From Octopus sinensis (lineage: Eukaryota), in the NCBI RefSeq assembly GCF_006345805.1, contig NC_042997.1, positions 143,592,001-143,656,000 of the forward strand: 64,000 nt of DNA. Reading direction: 5' to 3'. The notes beneath the pieces are model-generated. The model did not search any database. It saw only the letters and a list, made by a program, of their open reading frames with translations, and had not been told where the DNA came from. Of the stretch, positions 12,100-24,228 are shown piece after piece; within the stretch, counting starts at the first letter, position 1; the number at the start of each line of letters is the position of its first letter. The translations under genes were made by a program, and so were the position numbers.

Positions 12100-14049
12100 C
12101 GTGACCCGACTTTTTGTCCAATTTTAAATAAGCTCTTTAGAAAACAAGGTGAACAGGAAAATTAAATAATCATTGAGAATTTTATTGATAGGATTCTAGT
12201 AAAATACTGTGGAAAGAAGTATTTTAAAAAAATGTAATAAGATATAACTAATGTAATAAGATATAATTTATTACTTTAAAAAAGTAATGAGATATAACTA
12301 ATGATTTATTATGATCACTGAAAATTAATACAAATTATATGCCACACTCTTCAAAAAATCAGTTTTTCTTGTTAACCCATATTCAATGAATCTTTTGACG
12401 CGTTATTCTTCAATGTCGTGTACATGAATTTAATGAATCTCGAAGAATTTGAGTCATTTTACCTTGAACGAACCCTTCCTACTCCTTCAGAGTTTTGATT
12501 AATTTCCAAATATTCAAATGTGCTCCACCCGCCGAAAGCTTTTTCGCAGAATGAATCCTCTCCGCTGCATTATTTGTTTTGGGAAGATCTTGAAGAATAT
12601 GCTGATTAACATTCCATACAGTTATCGGGAAAGTAGGTGGTTCTCTTCTTCGTCTAGCACCACGTCCTCTCATAACGCCTATGTAAGTCAAGTCGAAGCA
12701 AGCAATGAATTCAGCTGGTATTTCTTCATCGTCTATTAATTCTTCCATAGGCCTCTTTGACATCTTTGGCGGGTAGACAGGCTAATGCTGAAAAAAAATC
12801 GAAGTTTAAGACAGAATTCAGAGTCTTTATTGTATTTTTCTTTGAGGCCTAAATCTGTAATTTTTTGAAATACTGATTGGTTCAAATGAAACAAACATGC
12901 CATGATAGATGAATTAGGGAATGATGAATTAAATGCCTTATGAACTGCAACTTCGAAATCTACCATGAGATCAAGCGGATATGCATTAGATTGCATAATT
13001 TTCAATTGCTCGAAAAATAATTCATATATATGTTTTGTTTTATTCGGTAGTAATGCAAAGACCCGTGGAAAACTGCTATTTTTAACTTGTACATGAATGC
13101 TGAAACAGTTGAAACCACTGTTCTGACACAATTTTGAACGTTCCATCACATGCCTAATGATGATATGATACTATATACTGAAGAGCACTTTCTGATGCCA
13201 ATACTAGTATGAACTGTTGATCCTCGATACCCGAATCATATCTCAGAAACTGTTCGCCATTATCAAGTTTTCAATATTCTTCAGGTATTTCAAAACCAGT
13301 TCTAGCCTCTAGATTAGTGGAAAATCTAGAATTTTTTTGTCGGTACCTTTGAATAATCCAGGGAGTACAGGCAAACGAGAAAGCTGTGAGCAAGTACTTT
13401 CTGTTAGCTGCGTAAACTTAGCTGCTATTATACTACGTGAACTTACTACTATGTTTGCCACCCTTTCATGCGTTATTTCTGAAACTGCTTTTCTCGTAAT
13501 TTAACGAATCTACATCAGCTGGATGAAGGTGCTCATTAGAAAAATAAATAATTTCCAGCTCATTGTTTTCTGTTACGGTGTGAATTCGCACTGAACACAG
13601 CCTTCTTTTCTCACATCTCCAGTTTTCTTTTCCTAGTTTTGTATTGCTTGAATGAAAATCGTAGATGTAATTACTTTCATCAACTACTTTTCTTTTGTTT
13701 TTGATCGATACTATGAACTTTGTCATTTCCGAATGGGTAAATTAAAAATGTGTGCACTAAATTTGCTGCACTCTCTATACACAGCACCGTACTTAAGAGA
13801 GAGAAGGAAAAAGAGGAAGAAAAACTGTTAACAGAGAAAGGAAAAGAACGATAATAACAATCCTATTACGAGGTTCGCTATAGTTCTGTGAATATATCAT
13901 TAGAGATATTTCACCTTGTTTTCTAAAGAGTTTATTTAAAATTGGACAAAAAGTCGGACAAAAATATCATCAGACAAATAGACGTCGGACGAAAAGACGT
14001 GGACGAAGTGACGCTGGGCGAAGTAACGCCGGACGAAAAGACATAGCAG
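12100..14049 (-). mobile_element. Mutator/MULE DNA transposon
   Basis: 48-bp inverted repeats at 12106-12153 and 13910-13957; 9-bp TSD CGATAAAAT (12091-12099, 14050-14058); GGACGAA-type subterminal repeats at the right end. Confidence 0.92.
12479..13726 (-). pseudogene. FLYWCH + MULE transposase, disrupted
   Basis: WRCEKRRLC...H.H zinc finger; DGTFK; FALLPNKT; DFEVA; CLFHLNQ; WNV...KTNNAAE; stops and frameshifts split it into at least 3 ORFs. Confidence 0.92.
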
Positions 14050-14287
14050 CGATAAAATAAGCAGCAGTAGGACATTGAAGTCAATGTAATCGGCTTACCT
14101 TCTTCTCCCCCGAACCTGCTGCATTGTGCCAAAATTTGAAATCAATATTACGGCGTGATTTGCACATGCCATGAATACTGAAAAATATTTTTGTAATATT
14201 TCAGGGCAATTAAAATTTTAATTTGTACAGAGACATCAATTGTCCCTAAAACCCCTAGTAATATAAATTTTCCTATCACTCACTAGG

Positions 14288-14400
14288 TGAAGGCGCGTGG
14301 CTTAGTGGCTTAGTGGTTAGGGCAGTGGTTCCCAGCCTTTTTACTAACAAGGACCCCTTTCATTTAAATGAATTTTCTCACGGCCCCCTTTTAATAACCT
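14288..14400 (+). mobile_element. SINE group C head interrupted by a hAT-like terminus
   Basis: gtgaaggcgcgtggcttagtgg followed by CAGTGGTTCCCAGCCTTTT, a hAT/Charlie-like TIR. Confidence 0.5.
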
Positions 14401-14406
14401 TATCCT

Positions 14407-14440
<34 letters not shown>

Positions 14441-14602
14441 CGGTATATTTGAAACATTACGTTATAAAAATAGGGTTCAGTAAAATAATTTACCCTATTT
14501 TTATAACGTGATGTTTCAAATATACTGTAAATGGTCTTTTTACATACTGAACACTACTTGGTAAAATTAATTAATAATTAATTAATTTTACCCTTTTATT
14601 AT
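14441..14602 (+). mobile_element. Short foldback + PLE-type tail, same family as 20439-21280
   Basis: 36-bp arms 14441-14476 and 14492-14527; 14522-14602 is homologous to the reverse complement of 20439-20527. Confidence 0.65.
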
Positions 14603-14739
14603 TGACGAAAGGTGTAGCCGACCTCAGCGGAATTTGAACTCAGAATGTGGACACGGACAAAATGCCACTAAGCATTATGTCTGGCGCGGTACGATTCTGC
14701 CAGCTTACCGCCTTTAATAATAATAATAACAACAACAAC

Positions 14740-15093
14740 AGCAAGAGCACTCAGAGAGCGCAAAATTCAGCCATGGCAACACCATCATCCTCTCAACGAT
14801 TAGCCAGTGATGAAATTTAAAATGTGAATACCTGAAATAAACCCGATTGCTCTCACAAACAAAAGTACTAAAAATGAATCCGACCGCTCTCAAAAATTAA
14901 GTAAAAAAGAACAGGAAAAATAACCAAGAATCTTTGTCCGGTACCAGATCGATCCCAAAATCTAAGCAGTTCGTGACAGTCACAAGGCCAAACATCCCTG
15001 AAAGTTTCATTCGAATCCATCCGGCGGTTCTTGAGATATCTTGTCCATGGACAAACACGACTGGAAACAATACCCCGCCTTCGCTAAGACAGA

Positions 15094-15097
<4 letters not shown>
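14740..15097 (+). mobile_element. Probable non-autonomous Helentron-associated (HINE-like) element
   Basis: Starts (a)caagagcactcagagagcgc, contains aagtttcattcgaatccatccggcggttcttgag, ends in a GC-rich imperfect hairpin; recognised by general resemblance only. Confidence 0.45.
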
Positions 15098-15181
<84 letters not shown>

Positions 15182-15195
15182 CCACCACCACCACC

Positions 15196-15280
<85 letters not shown>
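15096..15280. repeat. Symmetric compound microsatellite (TAA)(CAA)(CCA)(CAA)(TAA)
   Basis: Direct reading. Confidence 0.98.
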
Positions 15281-15281
<1 letters not shown>

Positions 15282-15439
15282 CTTTTGATTTAGGGATAAG
15301 GCCAATTTTGAGCGTAGGGTGTTATCGATACCATCGTCTTCAGTACTTGACTGGTACTTAATATTTATCGATTCCGGAGGGATGAAAGACAAAACTGATG
15401 TTAGCGGGATTTGATATCAGATCGTAAAGAGCCGGAACA

Positions 15440-15518
<79 letters not shown>

Positions 15519-15574
15519 TATATATAGCGAAGCCCGTACCCTCTTTGACCTTATATATATATTTCTATTATCGA

Positions 15575-16565
15575 CAATGTTTTCAGGTTTGTAGTCGTAC
15601 CAATTTTTTGCTCTGTCAAGTCCATACTTGTTGCAAAATGTCCAATTGACAAACCTGGCTATATTGTCGTGGCGTCTCTTATATTCCTTTTGGGCTAGTG
15701 CCGTACTTTGGCTGGTAATATGCCAAACAGTTTTACCGTTTTGTCCACAGATTCTGCAGTTATCTCTTTCTGATGTGTTGTGTATTCTGTATTTTATGTA
15801 GTTTGTTCTTGGGCAGCACAGATTAGAGCGTCCGTTTCCGGTTTTAAATCACTTTTAGTCATCCACAGCCATCTTTTTTCTCTGTCTCTCTTATCTTCAA
15901 CATCCCTATGAAATTGACCATGCATTCTTTTCTTTACCCACCTGTTTTCAGTTTCATTCGTTTTCAATTTCTTGTATAGTGCTTCTCTTTGCAATCTTTC
16001 ATACTGCACAAGCTTGATCTTCCTACTTCTTATAATAGCGGTTCTGTGGCATTGTTTACATACCATGATATGTTGTTTTCTTCTGCTCTAATGCTGTGTC
16101 CGCATCTAATAAGTCCTCTTTCCCCTCCTTTTCTTGGTATATACAATCTGTCTGTGTCACTTTTTGGGTGGAGTGACCCATATCTAGTTAGCAACTTCCT
16201 TGTCTTTTAGTCTAAGCGGTTTAGTTCGTCTACTGTTCATGCGATTACCCCTGCTCCATATCTAAGGAGTGAAACCGCCAAGGTGTTGATAGCTTCGATT
16301 TTATTCCGTCCATTTGATTTTGACTTAAGGATCAGGCTTAGTCTGCGTAAGTACTCCACTTTAATTTTTCTGTCATTTCTTTTTCCATCAATTTATCCAT
16401 TTCCAAAATCCCCAAGTACTTACAGCCCATTTCTTCTATCTGTTTCATAACCTCCCCTGACGGTATCGTTAGTCTGTCCATACATTTGATTTTGCTTCTC
16501 ATCAATACTAACACACCACACTTTCTCAGTTCGAACTCCATTCTGATATCAGCACTGGTAAGCAT
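15575..16565 (-). pseudogene. R4/Dong-clade RLE LINE fragment (RT thumb to CCHC knuckle)
   Basis: KCGVLVL..GCKYLGILE; LKPETDALICAAQEQ; CRICGQNGKTVWHIT...EYKRRHD. Confidence 0.88.
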
Positions 16566-16650
16566 ATCTTGTTAAAATGAGATGTCAGTATCATTTTTGC
16601 GTAAGTTAGAAGACGATTTATTCACCGCACCCTGTACACACACACACACA

Positions 16651-16695
<45 letters not shown>

Positions 16696-16957
16696 CACGC
16701 GCACAGACATGATTTTATATTGCCGTGTGTTTCATCTTCTACAATCTTTGTTCTGACTTGGAGAAATTATACCCACTTCTTTTCTCTGTTATATATTAGC
16801 CTAACTTGTATTTCATTTTCATTTAAAACACAACATTTTTGTTCCCTCGGAGGAGAGATCAATATGCTTGACCTAATGTTTTCGAAAATTTCGTACAATC
16901 GTCGGACGCTCAATATTTAATCTGCCTATGTATGTAGCTCCTTCTGTCTGTCTGTCA

Positions 16958-17036
<79 letters not shown>

Positions 17037-18469
17037 TCTTTCCCTCTCTCTCTCTCTCTCTCCATGCGCATATCTCATTTTACTAGAGCTTTCTAGTTTA
17101 TATATTCATATATATTTACACGAAACAATTTTTCTTTTATGTACGTCAAAATTACGTACAATCTTCATATGCAATTGGAGTTTGGATTAATTTGTGTATC
17201 TGCAATAGATTTTCTCCCGGTTCTGAAAAAAAAAAACACTTGCGTATATCGTCAAAGAAATGAATTGGTTCAAAGTTATGTATATTGCATATTAGTTAAC
17301 AGTGTTTCCAGAAAAAAAAGCAACATAAAAAGTAAAAAACAGAAAACAAAAAGCAAAAATGTTGCCTTAGGTATGGAAATATATGGTACGTATCACTTAA
17401 GAATAAAGCGAAACTTGTATTGCTACAGGCAAAACATTTGATCAATAAATATATAACATGCGGTTGTTTCTATTTTAATTAAAATCACACAAATATAATT
17501 CCTTTCATATCATTCCACGTCGAAATGAAATATTGACTATGGAAAGGAAATAAAATACGAAGACATAGTACAAAATAATATTGATAGAGATTTGCAATGT
17601 TGATTTTTCAAAGAAATGTGCGGATGTGTATTTACTCCGTTATAAATCTGAAACGTATATGTTTGCGCTGATATAAAGAAAAGAAAAAACCCATTTGATA
17701 TACGAGAATGAATGAGCGAATCAGCGCAATTTATTTTAATAGAAGAGGATTTATGCAGATGATGGCCATATATTTGATATCCAATTGTAGTCGATGATTT
17801 ACTTCTAACATAAACACAGTGTCACGTATAAAGATGAAAGATGGAACTGGAATCAAATTCTTCCGTGGGTATTATTTTCTGTAGCAATCGACTAGCTTCT
17901 GGTATTAGCGATGAAAGAGAGAGATTTTTGCGTCGAATCGTATATGTTAGGAATAAGTTGGATTGATGGCTTAAAATTCGATGTGTTTTCGAATTCAGAA
18001 ATCGAACGATGATGTGCTATATTTATTCAGATGATTTTGCCTTATTTATTAAAAAAAATATATTCCAATGCTACATCATGCAGTTGGTTCTCAAAGAAAA
18101 ATTCAATGGTTAATCTGCGATGTGCTACAGCTGAAATTACATTTGAAAAACACTAAGAAAACCAATAATTACAATGTTTATGAACATTGTAATATTTTAC
18201 AAACAAACCAGACTTCTAGTTCATTCGGGATCATGTTGTTAGTGGATTCTTCAGTATGATTATCCTTTACTGTTTTATGTAAATTATGTCGGTGATAACA
18301 ATGTAGTGGTCCAACAAAGTTTAATTAAACAAACTCTCACTTGTAATGAGGACAAAAATGAATTAATCACTAAACTAATTACTCATCAGCTTAATGATTC
18401 ATTCTGGTTAAGAACGGCAAGGGAGACGACTCAGAAATTTAAATTATTAAAATTAATTAAAAAACAAAA

Positions 18470-18504
<35 letters not shown>

Positions 18505-18505
<1 letters not shown>

Positions 18506-18750
18506 GAGGCGCGTGACTTAGTGGTTAGGGTGTCAGCACCATGATCGTAAGATTGTGGTTTCGATTCCTAGACCGGGCGACGCGTTGTGTTCTTGAGCAA
18601 AACACTTCATTTCACATTGCTCCAGTCCACTTAGCTGGCAAAAATGAGTAACGCTGCGATGGACTGGCGTCTCGTCCAACAGGGGCACACATACGCCATA
18701 GAAACCGGGAAGCCGAGCCCATGAGCCTTGCTAGGCTTTAAAAGGGCGCA
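18505..18750 (+). mobile_element. SINE group C (tRNA head + CORE-like + tail type 1)
   Basis: A-box tgacttagtgg, B-box ggtttcgattcc, gttgtgttcttgagcaaaacactt. Confidence 0.9.
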
Positions 18751-19059
18751 TTTATTTTATTTATTTTATATGTGTGTGTGTATATACGGAGAAGGGGTAG
18801 AGTATGATCATTGACAAGGATTGTGGCAGTTCGGAGTACGTTTGATCTTATTAAACTCTCAGTATAATCAGTACATTCATTAGTTCAATTTCTATTTCCA
18901 ACTAACATAATTTGGTTTCATTTATGCTGTTAATGCTCAAAGGAAAACAATGATTGTCTCCATATCACTTTTCTTCAGTCTCCTAAAATATGAGACCTGT
19001 GCGGCTAGGATAAGATTGGATGATAAAAGTAAAAATAACTAAATAAGGATAACAATATT

Positions 19060-19262
19060 GGTTTCAAATTTACACACAAGGCCTGCAAATTTGGTCAAAG
19101 GTTAAGTCGGCTACACATACTTCAATGCTCCGGTGCTACTTATTTTAGCGACCTTAAAAGGATGAAAGCAAAATCGAACCCGGTGGAATTTGAACTCAGA
19201 ACGTAAAGACAGACGAAATGCCACTAAGCATTTTGCACGGCGTGCTAAAGATTCCGCCAATA
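19060..19262 (-). mobile_element. SINE group B
   Basis: Consensus match. Confidence 0.8.
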
Positions 19263-20214
19263 TTGATAACCTAACAAACAATACTGAAGCTTTTTGCCTT
19301 GATACAAAGCTATGTTCCTTTTGTCAATATTTCGAATCCTTGCTTGTAAATTATACTACATATTTTATTGGCTTTCGGGGATATGAAAAGCAAAAACTTC
19401 CTCGGCAGGAGTTGCATTCGAATGCAAAAGGAATAAATGCAACTATCATAATGTACTTAATGCAACGCAAACTGTCTCAATTACTTACACTCATTTTTTT
19501 AAAAAGAAAAGCTATATCATAGATGCATTTTTGCACGCTGAACGTTTGAAAGAATAAAATAATCTATCCTTGTTTATCACGGGTGCTTGTTTTTAAGATG
19601 AGTCCGTGTTAAATGAATCAGTGATAAATGAATAATAGAATATCGTTATATCTGGGATTACCTAATTCTGTTTACTCCAAGAAGATTGAGTAAACAGGAT
19701 AAGGCCAGAGAGAAGAGGAGACACAGATAAAAGGAACCAATAGTTATTAAGAAGGTCACAAAATGTGAAGTGAAGCGAAGGTCGAATGTGAAGTTGAAGT
19801 GAAGGTCGAATAGTGCGTGTACTTATTGGCAAAATGGCCGTTCCCAAATATAACAATCTCTGTTTCAACACATGATTTCACGTCAACAAATACATAAACG
19901 TGAATAATGGAACATAATGGTAAAGATAGGTTTCGGTATGAGTATTGTGAATGGTCACTGGTGTGCGCTTTAGCGGTTCAAGGACAATCTTTGGTTGATC
20001 GTTGACTCGTGTTATCACAGAGCAATTCGTGATAAGCGTCATACGGTTCACAGTTGAGCGTACCATGTTATCCCTGATCAGTGATAATTGAATCAATAAT
20101 AAACGAAGACAGATGTATTACAAGGATATCATAGAACTTTTAATAAACAATAATTCACAAATGCTTACTTCATATCTTTACCTGATTTCGAAATATTTTG
20201 CTAACATTATTTTT

Positions 20215-20420
20215 ATTTCAATTGATGGACTGCGGTCATGCATGGGCACCGCCATGAAAGGTTTAGTCGATTGAATCGATACCAGTATCTGTATTCTTTT
20301 AAAGTTTAGCACTTATTCTATTGTTGTCTTTTGAAGAAACGCTAATTTACGCGGACGTAAACAAAGCAGTACTGGATGTCAAGCGATGAGAGGAAATACA
20401 CAAAGACCTGTAAGCGCGTG
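20215..20420 (-). mobile_element. SINE group A, 3' half
   Basis: gactgcggtcatgc...gcaccgcc...gtaaacaaagcag. Confidence 0.8.
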
Positions 20421-20717
20421 TATATATATATATATAATAATAACAAAGGGTAAAATTAATTAATTAAGAAGTAATCAATAATTTCACCAAGTAGAATTCG
20501 GTATGAAAAAGGACCATTTCACGGTAAACTTAAGTAATACTTAATAAAAGGGTTCAGCAAAGATTTGCTTCACCACATACCGAAGTTTAGAAATACCAGC
20601 CAAAAATCTTAGCTATTTCTTCTACTTTAAAAAGGGACTCCTAGGGAAACCAAAATACTTGAAGATAATTCACACAGCAGAGAGTAAAGCAACGAAAATC
20701 AATCAATATCTGGTCAT

Positions 20718-20799
20718 CCATGGACGCGCGTTTCGGAATTAGGTTTTGCATAAAGAATATAAAATTATACTTTACTAACCATTTTCTTCATCAGCATGG
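20718..20799 (-). ncRNA. Type I hammerhead ribozyme (inverted copy)
   Basis: Reverse complement of 21020-21100. Confidence 0.75.
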
Positions 20800-21019
20800 C
20801 ATCCCACAATAATTCGAGGGTACTAGAATAGTTGAATATATCTCTTCACCTAACGGTATTAGATAGATCATATTCAGTGTTAGTACCGCCGGGGGAAGCT
20901 AAGCGAACCTCATTCATATTTTGAATTTGGCGGTACTAACACTGAATATGATCTGTCTAATACCGTTAGGTGAAGAGATATATTCAATTATTCCAGTACC
21001 TTCGAATTATTGAGGAATG

Positions 21020-21100
21020 CCATGCTGATGAAGAAAATGGTTAGTAAAGTATAATTTTATATTCTTTATGCAAACCTAATTCCGAAACGCGCGTCCATGG
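21020..21100 (+). ncRNA. Type I hammerhead ribozyme with long stem II
   Basis: ccatg-CTGATGA-[52 nt]-GAAA-CGCGCG-TC-catgg; palindromic stem III; GUC site at 21093-21095. Confidence 0.78.
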
Positions 21101-21277
21101 ATGACCAGATATTGATTGATTTTCGTTGCTTTACTCTCTGCTGTGTGAATTATCTTCAAGTATTTTGGTTTCTCTAGGAACCCCTTTTTAAAGTAGAAGA
21201 AATAGCTAAGATTTTTGGCTGCTATTTCTAAACTTCGGTGTGTGTTGAAGCAAATCTTTGCTGAACCCTTTTATTAA

Positions 21278-21316
<39 letters not shown>

Positions 21317-21546
21317 TAAAAACGGTAAGATAACAAAAGAAAAAAAGAAACCTCAATATTATGTAAATAGAGGAAATTTATCTATAAAATAATATGTTAC
21401 ATTTACTCAATAGTCAAGATAAAACTCTGAGTTTCAGATGCCGAAGTTGAAATCCACAACACCATCTCTTCGGTTATCTGGCCATCTGAAAAACGCTTGG
21501 TTACTCTAGGAGTCCCTTTTTAAAGTAGAAGAAATAGCTAAGATTT

Positions 21547-22026
21547 TTGGCTGCTATTCTAAACTGCTGTTCATGCAGGAACAAAAAATTGTGCCCGCTA
21601 AATGGAGCTTGCATGTCCGAGACCATCATCTATGAAGCTACCGTGGACTCTATAACCACTAAAGACACCGTTTCAACGAAGAAATATATGGGCCTTATAG
21701 AGGGTAATTTCAAGGCCAGGTTCAATAACCACACCTTGAGTTTTAGGCACTGGAACAAAAGAAAAGCGACAAAATTATCTAATCATATTTGGTCTTTAAA
21801 AGATAAAGGTGTCGATTATAACATCCATTGGAAGATTTTGGCCAAATGTAAGCCCTACGCCAACGGCAGCGGAAGGTGCGGTCTATGCGACATGGAGAGA
21901 TGGCTTATCTGGCAAAGCAGCTTAGACCCTACTACATGTCTAAACTCAAGGACAGAACTTTTCAGATCATGCCCATATGTGACTAAATTTTTGTTACGTT
22001 TTTGGTCCCCTAAAGAAAACAGATAG
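21547..22026 (+). CDS. PLE GIY-YIG endonuclease C-terminal domain (truncated ORF; homology starts ~21565)
   Basis: CSCRNKKLCPLNGAC...IIYEATV...KYMGL.E..FKARFNNH..SF...LS.HIW.LK...CGLC..E...CLNSRTEL..SC; the CxCx5CPxxGxC linker suggests the Naiad group (from recall). Confidence 0.85.
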   Translation: MAAILNCCSCRNKKLCPLNGACMSETIIYEATVDSITTKDTVSTKKYMGLIEGNFKARFNNHTLSFRHWNKRKATKLSNHIWSLKDKGVDYNIHWKILAKCKPYANGSGRCGLCDMERWLIWQSSLDPTTCLNSRTELFRSCPYVTKFLLRFWSPKENR

Positions 22027-22712
22027 AACTTGCTTTCTATACTATGTTCCAAAAAGTTTTTTTATCTCATTATACCTTTTATTATTTCATATATATTTCT
22101 TTATTTTCACACATTAATTTTTTCTGTACTTTTCTATCCTGCATTTTTTCCCTGTGCCTATATAGATGTGTATATAGATTCATTTGTACACGTGTGTGAA
22201 TATGTATGAGTGGGCATTTTTAGATGTGTGTGTGTGTGCGGGCATAAGAATGCACATATATATATAGACGTTTTTACTTAGTATTTTTCCATTTTTTTGG
22301 GGGGGGGGACATATGTATATTCATTTTTTGTATATGCGTGTGTATGTATGCGTATATAAATATGTGCGGGTATGTACATATGGGCGTGTGTGTATGAGTG
22401 CATAGGGGCATGTCCGTATATGAACGTGGTTTTTATGCGTTGTATACTTCCTTATGTTTTTTTCTGTTACCTTTAACCATGGTTTTTCTTGTGCTTGTGC
22501 ATATATAGACGTATGTATGAACTTTTACGGTACGCATGTGTGTGTGTATGAGTTTGTATATATATGCGTATATATTTGGCGAAAAATGCGAGTGAAGATG
22601 TGTATGTTTTCATAGTGACGTATAAGTACGCACGTGGGTTCGCGAGCAGAATTATAACACAGCAATTTCCCTTTATATAACGGTATTTTTTCATAGCGTT
22701 TTTCAGATGGCC

Positions 22713-22775
22713 AGATAACCGAAGAGATGGTGTTGTGGATTTCCACTTCGGCATCTGAAACTCAGAGTTTTATCT
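22713..22775 (+). ncRNA. Variant type I hammerhead motif (second copy on - strand at 21417-21479)
   Basis: agataa-CCGAAGA-GATG..CATC-T-GAAA-CTC-A-GAG-TT-ttatct; U4->C and an extra U before GAAA. Confidence 0.55.
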
Positions 22776-22800
22776 TGACTATTGAGTAAATGTAACATAT

Positions 22801-22842
<42 letters not shown>

Positions 22843-22865
22843 TATATATTATATATATATATATA

Positions 22866-23066
22866 TACAAGGGTTGTTGAAAAGTCTCTTGCTTTGGATT
22901 AAAGAAAATACAGAAGGATCAGTTAATTATGAATTTATGATTTTATTCCCTTTCGCAGCGGTTCTTCAGTTTTTCCAAACCCTGTAAAAGAACTCGGAAA
23001 GTTTGGCCACCAACCAGGCTTTTCACGACACCTTTAAAGCCAAGAACTTTTTAGCACCTCCTTGTG
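22866..23066. mobile_element. Mariner-derived MITE
   Basis: TA-CAAGGG..TTGAAAAGT...AAGAACTTTTTAGCACCTCCTTG; inverted relative of 8252-8450. Confidence 0.8.
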
Positions 23067-23128
23067 TGTGCGCGCGTGTGTGTAACAGAATGAATATAGG
23101 CGATTGCAGACCCAAGAAAAGCATTAAA

Positions 23129-23264
23129 TAGCTGAAGGATTGAAATTAAAATTAATAAAAGGACATACTAAGTATGTCTGTCTGCTGGAAATAAGAGCCT
23201 TGACTGTTATTTCCAGCAGGCAGACATTCTTAGTATGCCCTTTTATTAATTTTAATCCTTCAGC

Positions 23265-23266
<2 letters not shown>
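23129..23266. repeat. Near-perfect hairpin (~60-bp arms, 12-nt loop), MITE- or foldback-like
   Basis: Arms 23129-23194 and 23207-23266; TA termini; followed by (TA)n. Confidence 0.85.
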
Positions 23267-23298
<32 letters not shown>

Positions 23299-23904
23299 TA
23301 TATGATCTTCCTTGTAATTTTCGTTGCAAGATTCATTGATCGACCAAGGTTATAGGAAAAGGTGCTGCGGGATGTGATTGAACCCGAAACTACGTTGTTT
23401 CTATGCAAAATTCTCAACCGCGCGGCCATGCCTACGCCTGAGCTTCTACTGAGTTCATCTAGTGCTAAATGCCTCTGGCATTTTGAAAGCCTTCACCTCC
23501 TACGTAAATTGATGATTGATAGACGAAGTCTAAGATATCTGAAACTACGATTCTGTTTGAATTTGAAATTGATATTATTACGTCGTATGTACTTTGGAAC
23601 GAAAGAAAGAGAGAATGATGTCATACAGCGCAAACAGGGCTGCGCTGAGATTGCGGAGAGATATTGAAAGATGATCTGAAAAAAAAAGAAAAAAAAGGAG
23701 AGAAAAATACTGTAATTGATAATCAAAACGTAATTTTGAACAGTGAATATTATTTTCGTGATCGATATTAACGTCATGACGGTGGGCTGTAATGTCGGGT
23801 AGCAGTTCATAGTAAGTGAAGTGACGGCATGTGGGAATATGGGAAATAAATGTGATATGAGATGGGTACTGTGAAGTAATTAACTTCCCTTTTATGTAGT
23901 AGTA

Positions 23905-24228
23905 AAGGCATGTGACTTAGTAGTTAGAGTATTTGGCTCACGATTGTAACGCCGTAAGTTCGATTCTCAGCGGTGCTTTGTGTCCTGGAGCAAGACTCTT
24001 TATTTCACGTTGCTGCAGTCCACTCAGCTGGCAAAAATAAGCAATACTTGTATTTCAAAGGGCCGACCATGTCACATTCTGTGTCACGTTGAATCTCTCT
24101 GAGAACCTCGTTAAGAGTACGCGTGTTTGTACAGTGCTCAGCCATTTGCTCGTTAATTTCACGAGCAAGCTGTTGTGTTGATCAGATCAACCGGAACCCA
24201 TCGTCGTCGTAACCGACGGAGTGCCGTT
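23905..24228 (+). mobile_element. SINE group C, tail type 2
   Basis: tRNA-like head, CORE-like segment, ...aatttcacgagcaagctg...taaccgacggagtgcc. Confidence 0.88.

Larger units (their letters stand above)
20439..21280. mobile_element. Inverted pair of Penelope-like pseudo-LTRs (353-bp arms) with a hammerhead in each arm
   Basis: Arms 20538-20890 and 20929-21280, 38-bp spacer; (TA)n flanks. Confidence 0.85.
21312..22808 (+). mobile_element. 5'-truncated Penelope-like element with an inverted upstream pLTR
   Basis: GIY-YIG ORF remnant; 21389-21497 is the reverse complement of ~22695-22808; (TA)n flanks. Confidence 0.88.

Noticed and set aside
21547-22026. Selenoprotein-type PLE
   Set aside because: No in-frame TGA in the surviving fragment and no SECIS recognised
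23129-23266. Pre-miRNA or ribozyme
   Set aside because: AT-rich near-perfect foldback next to (TA)n fits a MITE or inverted duplication; no ribozyme core and no expression evidence
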